A DNA stretch of 61,341 nt, the filler included. It is 3 parts of 3 records of this genome, joined end to end, with 100 filler letters (N's around TTAATTAATTAA, not from the genome) between each part and the next. Parts side by side here need not be neighbours in the genome. Positions count along the whole stretch, not along the records: positions 30,622 to 61,341 come from SRR20825006_577; 2 more parts are not named here. One strand, written 5' to 3'. The position numbers were made by a program, and so were the translations under genes. Of this stretch, positions 39,502 through 46,468 are shown one piece after another. How positions within the stretch are numbered: position 1 is the first letter of the stretch; every line of letters starts with the position of its first letter. The notes below the pieces were generated by a model. The model was not told where the DNA came from. It searched no databases and saw nothing but the letters and a program-made list of their open reading frames with translations.

Positions 39502-40259
39502 CATCTGCCATTGACCATATCGCGGCGCAAACCTTTCACGGGCGCAAGGGGGCGGTTGAAAACGCTTTTCGTTATTCGGTGGACTATGTGCTGCTGGATG
39601 CCGAAGCCGATGTTCACGGCCCGTCCCTGTTCACCCGCAACGGGCGCGGGCTGGCGGCGCTGGACGATGTGGATCACGGCGGTGCGCCAGGAGAGGGGCG
39701 CGGTGCGGCGTGGGTGCGCGATGTCTTGCGCGACTGGCAGGTGCTGAACGTGGTCAAGGTCGAGCTGCTGGCCCAGCCGAAGCTGCTGGGTCATGTGTTC
39801 AATCCGGTCAGCTTCTGGCTGTGTCGCGGGGCCGACGGGGCGCTGTTGGCGGTGATAGCCGAGGTGACGAACACCTTTGGCGACCGGCACAACTATCTGA
39901 TCCACCACGCCGACCATCGCCCGATTGCGCCCAGCGACCGGATGCAGGCAACCAAGATTTTCCACGTCTCGCCGTTCCAGCCCGTCGAGGGCGGGTACGA
40001 GTTCCGCTTTGACATCCGCGACGACCGCATCGGGATCTGGATCGACTACAGCCGGGGGCAGGGCGGATTGATCGCCACGTTGACAGGCCGCCGGGCCCGC
40101 ATGAGCAACGGGTCGATCCTGCGGGCATTGCTGCGCCGCCCGTTCGGTTCGCGCCGGGTGCTGGCGCTGATCCATTGGCAGGCGTTGAAGCTGTGGATTA
40201 AACAAGCCACCTATCGCGCCCGCCCCGCTCCGCCCGCCAAGGACGTGTCGCGGGGATGA
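39498..40259 (+). CDS. ufaO: DUF1365 protein, RSP1090/UfaO-like
   Basis: FNPVSFW, AEVTNTFGDRH, KIFHVSPF and IHWQALKLW. Confidence 0.82.
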   Translation: MTSAIDHIAAQTFHGRKGAVENAFRYSVDYVLLDAEADVHGPSLFTRNGRGLAALDDVDHGGAPGEGRGAAWVRDVLRDWQVLNVVKVELLAQPKLLGHVFNPVSFWLCRGADGALLAVIAEVTNTFGDRHNYLIHHADHRPIAPSDRMQATKIFHVSPFQPVEGGYEFRFDIRDDRIGIWIDYSRGQGGLIATLTGRRARMSNGSILRALLRRPFGSRRVLALIHWQALKLWIKQATYRARPAPPAKDVSRG

Positions 40260-41488
40260 GCCGCACGCCGCGCCTTCCGGCCTTTGCTGTGTTTGCGGCA
40301 CTGCTGGCGGCGGCGGGTCTGCCGATCTATATCCATGCGCCCAAGTTCTATGTCGATGAATACGGCGTGTCGCTGGGCGCTTTGGGGGCCGTCCTGTTTG
40401 GCCTGCGGCTGCTGGACGTGGTGCAGGACCCGCTGTTCGGCCGGCTGGGCGACCGGTTGCGCGACAGGCGTGGGCTGGCGGTTGCGGTGGCCGCTGCAGT
40501 GATGGCGCTGGCGATGGTGGGGCTGTTCGCGGTGCCCCCAGTCGGGCCGCCGCTGCTGTGGTTCGCGGCGATGCTGACGTTGGTGTTTTCGGGCTTCAGC
40601 TTTCTCACGATTGTCTTCTATGCCCAAGGGGTTCTGACCGCAGATCGTCTGCAAGGTCAGGGCCACCTTCGGCTGGCCCGCTGGCGCGAGACGGGCGCGT
40701 TGCTGGGGGTCTGTGTCGCGGCGATTGCGCCGGTGGGGTTGGGGGTCTGGATGCAAACGCCGTTTGCCGGATTTGCTGCGGGGTTTGCCGTTCTGGCGCT
40801 GTTGGCGGTGATGATGATGCGGCGCGAATGGTCAGGGGTGGGCTTGCCCGCCTCGACCGGATTGCGTGCGGTGTTGCGGGACGGGCTGGCGCGGCGACTG
40901 TTGCTGATCGCCCTGCTGAATGCCGCCCCGGTGGCGGTCACCAGCACGCTGTTTCTGTTCTTTGTCGATGCGCGGCTGGATGAAGGCGGCAAGGAAGGGC
41001 CGCTGCTGTTGCTGTTTTTCCTTGCGGCGGCCTGTGCGGCACCTGTCTGGGGTATTTTGGCCGAACGCCACGGTCCCAAGCCTGTGCTGCTGGCGGCGAT
41101 GGCATTGTCGATCCTGTCGCTGGGCGGCGCGGTGTTTCTGGGCGCAGGCGACTGGCTGTGGTTTGCGGTGATCTGTCTGGCGTCGGGGGCGGCGCTGGGC
41201 GCGGATCTGACGTTGCTGCCCGCGATCTTTGCCGCGCGCATGGCGCAGATTTCACCGGGAGCAACGGACGGGTTCGGCCTTTGGTCCTTCGTGTCCAAGT
41301 TCACGTTGGCCTTTGCCGCTGTCACCCTGTTGCCCGCATTGCAGTCCGCCGGGTTCGACAGCACAGGGGACAGCCCAGCATCGGCGCTCACGCTGTTGGC
41401 GGTGTTATATGCGCTGGTGCCTTGCGGGTTGAAACTGTTCGCGATGGCATTGCTGATCGCAACACCGATCAGGGAGGCCTTGTCATGA
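40256..41488 (+). CDS. MFS (GPH-like) transporter, RSP1089-like
   Basis: RLLDVVQDPLFGRLGD; about 12 TMs; ATGA overlaps on both sides. Confidence 0.88.
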   Translation: MSRTPRLPAFAVFAALLAAAGLPIYIHAPKFYVDEYGVSLGALGAVLFGLRLLDVVQDPLFGRLGDRLRDRRGLAVAVAAAVMALAMVGLFAVPPVGPPLLWFAAMLTLVFSGFSFLTIVFYAQGVLTADRLQGQGHLRLARWRETGALLGVCVAAIAPVGLGVWMQTPFAGFAAGFAVLALLAVMMMRREWSGVGLPASTGLRAVLRDGLARRLLLIALLNAAPVAVTSTLFLFFVDARLDEGGKEGPLLLLFFLAAACAAPVWGILAERHGPKPVLLAAMALSILSLGGAVFLGAGDWLWFAVICLASGAALGADLTLLPAIFAARMAQISPGATDGFGLWSFVSKFTLAFAAVTLLPALQSAGFDSTGDSPASALTLLAVLYALVPCGLKLFAMALLIATPIREALS

Positions 41489-42072
41489 CCGTTACGCTGA
41501 TATTGCTTGCCCTGATCCTGGCGCTGGTCTGGGCACGCCGACACTGGGGTGGCTTCGCCGCCCAGCGGCCCAGCGATTATGCCGGCGCTAATGGCCCGGT
41601 CTTTGACCTGCGGACCCATCTGAACGGTCCGATGATCTGCGAAGGTGTGATTTACGGCCCCCTTGGCCGCGTCACCAGCCGCTTTCAGGCACAGATCCAG
41701 GCCACATGGGACGGCGACACCGGCACGATGGAGGAATTGTTCACCTATGACGACGGCACCACACAGTCCCGCGCCTGGGCGCTGAGCTGCCACGCAGGCG
41801 GCCATCTCAGCGCGACGGCGCAGGATGTGGTGGGCACAGCCCAAGGGATCACCAGCGGCCCGGCCTTGCAGATGCGCTACCGGATCAGATTGCCCGAGGC
41901 ACAGGGCGGGCATGTTTTGCGCGCCGTGGACTGGATGTATCTGACGCCAAACGGAACCATCGCCAACCGGTCGCGGTTTTACAAACTGGGGATATGCGTG
42001 GCCGAACTGGTCGCCACCATCCGGCCCGCCGACGGCGCGGCGCAGATCAAACTGACAGGGAGTACGACATGA
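41485..42072 (+). CDS. DUF3833-family protein, RSP1088-like
   Basis: GGAGG RBS and ATG 41485; EELFTYDDG...RAW, DWMYL and NRSRFYKLG. Confidence 0.82.
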   Translation: MTVTLILLALILALVWARRHWGGFAAQRPSDYAGANGPVFDLRTHLNGPMICEGVIYGPLGRVTSRFQAQIQATWDGDTGTMEELFTYDDGTTQSRAWALSCHAGGHLSATAQDVVGTAQGITSGPALQMRYRIRLPEAQGGHVLRAVDWMYLTPNGTIANRSRFYKLGICVAELVATIRPADGAAQIKLTGSTT

Positions 42073-42797
42073 ATTGGCAGGGCAAACGTTATTGGCTGGT
42101 GGGCGCAAGCGACGGGCTGGGGGCGGCACTGGCCCGCAAGCTCAGCGCGCGCGGGGTCGAGGTGGTCCTGTCCGCCCGCTCCGAGGACAAGCTGCGCGCG
42201 CTTGCCGACGAATTGCCGGGAAAGGCGTCGATCCAGACCGTTGATATTGCCGACCACGACAGCGTCAAGGAGGCCGCCAAGGCGGTGGGCCGGATCGACG
42301 GGCTGGTGCTGTTGGCTGGTGTCTATTGGCCGTTCGGGGCCAGAGAGTGGGATGCCGATCAGGCCGTTGCCATGGCCGACATCAACTTTACCGGGTTCAT
42401 GCGCGTGCTGGGGCAGGTGGTGCCTGACTTCGTGGCGCGCGATGCGGGGCATATCGTGATCACGTCCAGCCTGACGGGATTTCGCGGCCTGCCCGGTTCC
42501 ATCGGATATACCGCCAGCAAGGCGGCGACAATGTCGCTGGCGGAATGTATGCACGCCGATCTGCGCAAGACAGGCGTGCTGGTGCAGGTGTGCAATCCCG
42601 GCTTTATCAAGACGCAGCTGACCGACAAGAACGACTTTAAAATGCCGATGATCATGCAGCCCGAAGAGGCCGCGCAGCATATGGTCGAGCACATGGAAAC
42701 AGATCAGTTCAAGACCAGCTTTCCCTGGCTGTTCTCTTTGGTGTTTCGCGGGGCGAATTTTCTGCCGGACTGGCTGTATTACCGGATTTTCAGTTAG
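42069..42797 (+). CDS. Short-chain dehydrogenase/reductase, RSP1087-like
   Basis: GASDGLG, YTASK and NPGFIKT. Confidence 0.92.
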   Translation: MNWQGKRYWLVGASDGLGAALARKLSARGVEVVLSARSEDKLRALADELPGKASIQTVDIADHDSVKEAAKAVGRIDGLVLLAGVYWPFGAREWDADQAVAMADINFTGFMRVLGQVVPDFVARDAGHIVITSSLTGFRGLPGSIGYTASKAATMSLAECMHADLRKTGVLVQVCNPGFIKTQLTDKNDFKMPMIMQPEEAAQHMVEHMETDQFKTSFPWLFSLVFRGANFLPDWLYYRIFS

Positions 42798-42800
42798 GGC

Positions 42801-42899
42801 GTGTCAGGTGCAAGTGCCAAGCGAAAGCGGTTTGAATTGGACCTTTGACCCGGCGAGGCCGTGCGGCTGAAAGTCGGGTGTGCGGACAAAGCGGACCAT
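42801..42899. repeat. Two imperfect hairpins on the left flank of the AT-rich ORF
   Basis: GTCAGGTGCAA...TTGGACCTTTGAC (42803-42849) and AAGTCGGG...GCGGACCAT (42871-42899). Confidence 0.5.
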
Positions 42900-42909
42900 G
42901 CGCAACTGG

Positions 42910-43305
42910 CTACTTAGTAGGGAGCAGAAAGAGGTTTTTGATGTTCCTATCTGCATCCAGAACGTTCACGAGCATCGCGAATTCGCTCCATTCTGGCCAT
43001 TCGTGCCCCGCCAAGTGATGGTCGATAGCGATTTGGCGAAAATTAATGTATGCGTTGTAAAAGCGCTTGTTACGAAATGACATCTCAGAGCTCACTTCAA
43101 CAAGCTCCTTGCAAATTTCATAACGATCCAATGCACTTGTGGTGTCTCCAGCGAACAAATCAATGTCAGCATTAAACAAGTTGTAGCCTACCGATCTCGG
43201 AAATTTCGCAACAAGCGCGTTGGTGATACTTCTTGCCGTGATGAAGTCACCTTTTGCGGCTAGACGTTGGGCTCTGAAAATCTGGTAATTTCTGAGAAGC
43301 TTCAT
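42910..43305 (-). CDS. Hypothetical AT-rich protein (131 aa, possible TPR-like helices)
   Basis: Intact ATG-TAG frame filling the low-GC segment; RAQRLAAKGDFITA...P...GDTTSALDRYE looks TPR-like. Confidence 0.65.
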   Translation of the reverse strand: MKLLRNYQIFRAQRLAAKGDFITARSITNALVAKFPRSVGYNLFNADIDLFAGDTTSALDRYEICKELVEVSSEMSFRNKRFYNAYINFRQIAIDHHLAGHEWPEWSEFAMLVNVLDADRNIKNLFLLPTK

Positions 43306-43355
43306 GCTGGATGGCTCGTTTTCAGTTCAACAACAATCCTGACAGTTGTGCGGCC

Positions 43356-43474
43356 AGGGTTCAATATGGACTCAAACCGGACCTTAGCTGCGCCTGGCAT
43401 GAACGACCGCTTTTGCGCTCCGCTTTGGTGATCTGGGTCAGGAATGTGACGCTAAATTCGGTTTCCCTGACACC
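43356..43474. repeat. Imperfect hairpins on the right flank of the AT-rich ORF
   Basis: AGGGTTC...GGACCTT (43356-43385) and GTCAGG...CCTGAC (43437-43471). Confidence 0.5.
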
Positions 43475-43480
43475 TGAAGA

Positions 43481-44098
43481 TCAGGGCAACATGCCGTTGG
43501 CACGCACCGCCTTGACCGAGGCGCGCGATTCCATTGCGGCCATGAACGCCGAGATGCGCGGATAGTCTGCAGGGTCGACCTCATCGCCCTTCAGCCAGTT
43601 GCAGACCACGAACAGGTAGGGATCGGCCAGCGACAAGGTGTCGCCCATGACAAAGGGACCTTTGAGCGCGTGATCTTCGACATAGCGTGCAGAGGCTGCC
43701 ATCGTCTGCGGCACCTTGGCTTTCATGTCGTCAAAGCTGGATTGCTGGTCGGCCCAACGGCTGCCGCGCATTTTGTGGGCGTGGTTGATGTGCATGGTCG
43801 AGGCCAGATAGTACATCACGCTGCGCATGTGGGCCGCATCCAGCGGATTGGCGGGCACCAGACCGGCCTGCGGGGCGCTGGCGGCGATGTAGTCCAGCAG
43901 CGCGCCGGTTTCTGTCAGCATCTGACCCTGTACCTCAAGCGTCGGCACGCGGCCTTTGGGGTTCTTGGCCAGATAGGGTTCTTTGGTCTGCTCGGCGTCG
44001 GCAAAGCTGATCTTGGTGGTGGTATAGTCCAACCCCGCTTCTTCCAGTGTGATGGCCACGGCAATCGAGATGGTGCCTGGGGTGTAGTACAGATGCAT
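43481..44098 (-). CDS. Glutathione S-transferase
   Basis: NPKGRVPTL, LTETGALLDY and SLADPYLF. Confidence 0.93.
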   Translation of the reverse strand: MHLYYTPGTISIAVAITLEEAGLDYTTTKISFADAEQTKEPYLAKNPKGRVPTLEVQGQMLTETGALLDYIAASAPQAGLVPANPLDAAHMRSVMYYLASTMHINHAHKMRGSRWADQQSSFDDMKAKVPQTMAASARYVEDHALKGPFVMGDTLSLADPYLFVVCNWLKGDEVDPADYPRISAFMAAMESRASVKAVRANGMLP

Positions 44099-44119
44099 GA
44101 TCGTGCCTTTCTGAAAGGG

Positions 44120-44773
44120 TCAGACGTGGGTTTGGGCGTGATGCCGGTCTGGGTGCTCCAGATGCGGCACGGCGTTGAACAGGACCGGCGACCAGATGCC
44201 GCCGACCGGGAACAACCGGTGCTGCGAGGTGTTCATGATCGCCAGCGCCAGATTGGCCATGGCGCGGATGTCCAGCCCCATGTGCTGACGCATCGCCATC
44301 GAAATCAGCCCGCCGGAGGTGACCACCAGCGCAGGCCCGTCCCCTTCGGCAATCTCGGTCAACGCTTCGCTGACGCGGGTTTCGAATTGTTCAAAAGTCT
44401 CGGGCACATTGACGATCTCTCCGTTCTGCCAAGCCGCAAACACGCGGGGCAGGTGGGCCGTGAATTCGGTCTGCTCGGTGGGGATCGGTATGCCTTGTTC
44501 GTCGCGCAGGGCAGCGGCCAGATTGAAATACTCCAGCTCGTTCAGCCGTGCATCGCGGATCGGCGTCAGCCCCGTCTCCATCGCGTCGGCGGTTTCGATA
44601 TGACGGCGCAATGTGCCGGTATAGAGCCGCATGTGGTGCTGGCCGGTGTCGCGCATATGGGCACCCAGCCAGGCCGCTTGCTGAAAGCCCAAGGGGGACA
44701 GACGGTCGTAGGATTCTTCGTCGGTGGCACCGGAATTGGCCTGACCGTGGCGGATGAGAGTGATGTGGGACAT
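44120..44773 (-). CDS. Histidine phosphatase family protein
   Basis: LIRHGQA, LRRHIET, LNE and VTSGGLI. Confidence 0.9.
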   Translation of the reverse strand: MSHITLIRHGQANSGATDEESYDRLSPLGFQQAAWLGAHMRDTGQHHMRLYTGTLRRHIETADAMETGLTPIRDARLNELEYFNLAAALRDEQGIPIPTEQTEFTAHLPRVFAAWQNGEIVNVPETFEQFETRVSEALTEIAEGDGPALVVTSGGLISMAMRQHMGLDIRAMANLALAIMNTSQHRLFPVGGIWSPVLFNAVPHLEHPDRHHAQTHV

Positions 44774-44870
44774 GACAGCCTTTCGCGCTTTGGTGCCGTT
44801 GTAGGCGAGGGGCGCGGGCGTGGAAAGTGTCACGCGGCGCCGCGCAAACTAAATTCGGGTAAATTGTGGC

Positions 44871-44901
44871 TTGATCTCAAGTAGGGTTGAGCAATTACAT
44901 A
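44871..44901 (+). promoter_or_regulatory. SoxR/MerR-type promoter with 19-bp spacer
   Basis: TTGATC-TCAAGTAGGGTTGAGCAAT-TACATA; dyad CTCAA-N6-TTGAG at 44876-44891 positioned as in the E. coli soxS promoter. Confidence 0.75.
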
Positions 44902-44925
44902 GGTCATCGTCAGTAGGAGAAGACG

Positions 44926-46347
44926 ATGACCCAAGCCCCCGATATAGCAACCACCTCTGCGCCGGATGCCTATGTTTCGTGGCGTGAATTTCTGACCGGC
45001 GGGCACACGGCCGCGCTGATTCTGGTCAGCCTTGCGGTGATGCTGCACGCCGCCGACAGTTTGATTGTGGCCACGATGTTGCCGTCGATCGTGGCCGACA
45101 TCAAGGGCGCGTCGTTGGTCGGGCTGGCGGTGTCGCTATATGAGATGGGCTCGATCGTGGCGGGCGCTGCCAGCGCGATCCTGACGATGCGGATCGGATT
45201 GCGGCATCCGATGGCGCTGGCGGCGGGGATGTTCGGGCTGGGCTGTCTGGTCAGTGCCGCGAGCCCGACGATGGCCCTGTTTCTGGTCGGACGCACGATG
45301 CAAGGGCTGGGCGGTGGCGGCATGGTGGCGATGTGCTTTATCGCCATCAGCGTGCTGTTCCCCCGCCGCTATGCCGCGCGGGCGCTGGCGGTGGTGTCGA
45401 CGATCTGGGGTGTTTCGTCCTTTTTAGGGCCGCTTTTTGGCGGTGCATTTGTCGCCTATGCCACGTGGCGTTGGGGGTTTGTGTGCTTTGGTGCGGTGGC
45501 GTTTGGTCTGGGTGTGTGGATTTTCATGCGCCCGCAAGGCGAACCTGCACCGCAGCAAAGCGCCGGGGCTGTGTTTCCGTTTCGCCGGCTTATGCTGCTG
45601 TGCATTGCCATCCTGCTGATCGCGGCCAGCGGGGTCAGCATCGCGCCCCTGCGCAGCGGTGTGACGATCCTGTGCGGGATCGCGGCCCTTGGCCTGTTCC
45701 TGTGGCTGGACGCACGCGCAGGCGACAGCAGGATGTTGCCGCATCGCCCCTTTGATCTGCGCACGCGGATCGGGGCGGCGATGGTGATGATTGTCACGCT
45801 GTCCATGGCCACCATCGCGATTGCGGCCTTTGGCCCGTTGCTGATCACCGCGATTCACGACGCGCCCGCGCTGACCGTCGGTTACGTGGTCAGCTGCGGG
45901 TCGATTGGCTGGACGCTGGCCGCGATCCTTGTCAGCGGCTTTTCCGAGCGGACCGACAGGCTGATGATTGCGCTGGGCATGGGACTGGTGGCCGCCAGCG
46001 TGCCCGGAATGCTCTACGCTGTCCCCTACGGGCCGCTGTGGCTGATCGCGCTCGTTGCCCTGATCGAAGGGATCGGCTTTGGCATGGCGTGGACCTTTGT
46101 CCTGCGCCGCACTGAAACATTGGCATCGGCGTCAGAGGTCCAGCGCATTGCGGGCGCAATCCCGACGGTCCAGCGTTTGGGCTATGCGCTGGGCGCGGTC
46201 TATGTCGGGTTGGTCGCGAATGCGGCAGGCATCCTGACCATGACCACGGGCTCAAGCGCCATTGAGGTCGCCCAGTGGGTCTATGTCTCGTGCCTGCCGC
46301 TGGCCGCACTTGGGATGATCGCAACGCTGGCCTTTGTGCGCAGGTGA
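44926..46347 (+). CDS. MFS transporter, probable 14-TM efflux pump
   Basis: AGGAG RBS; IVATMLPSIV, GRTMQGLGGG and LGPLFGG. Confidence 0.9.
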   Translation: MTQAPDIATTSAPDAYVSWREFLTGGHTAALILVSLAVMLHAADSLIVATMLPSIVADIKGASLVGLAVSLYEMGSIVAGAASAILTMRIGLRHPMALAAGMFGLGCLVSAASPTMALFLVGRTMQGLGGGGMVAMCFIAISVLFPRRYAARALAVVSTIWGVSSFLGPLFGGAFVAYATWRWGFVCFGAVAFGLGVWIFMRPQGEPAPQQSAGAVFPFRRLMLLCIAILLIAASGVSIAPLRSGVTILCGIAALGLFLWLDARAGDSRMLPHRPFDLRTRIGAAMVMIVTLSMATIAIAAFGPLLITAIHDAPALTVGYVVSCGSIGWTLAAILVSGFSERTDRLMIALGMGLVAASVPGMLYAVPYGPLWLIALVALIEGIGFGMAWTFVLRRTETLASASEVQRIAGAIPTVQRLGYALGAVYVGLVANAAGILTMTTGSSAIEVAQWVYVSCLPLAALGMIATLAFVRR

Positions 46348-46468
46348 ACGGTGCGACGTCTATCGGAAACATCAGTGGCGCAAATTCGGGTTCGGGCGTC
46401 GGGAATGGGAGTCCCGCAGCCGCGCGCGTCCTGATAGAAAGGGACGAGTGTTCTGGGAGGCAACAGTG

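Noticed and set aside
46348..46468. Moco/Wco riboswitch upstream of fdhF
   Set aside because: Only a small CGTCC/GGACG hairpin; the multi-stem consensus is not evident.
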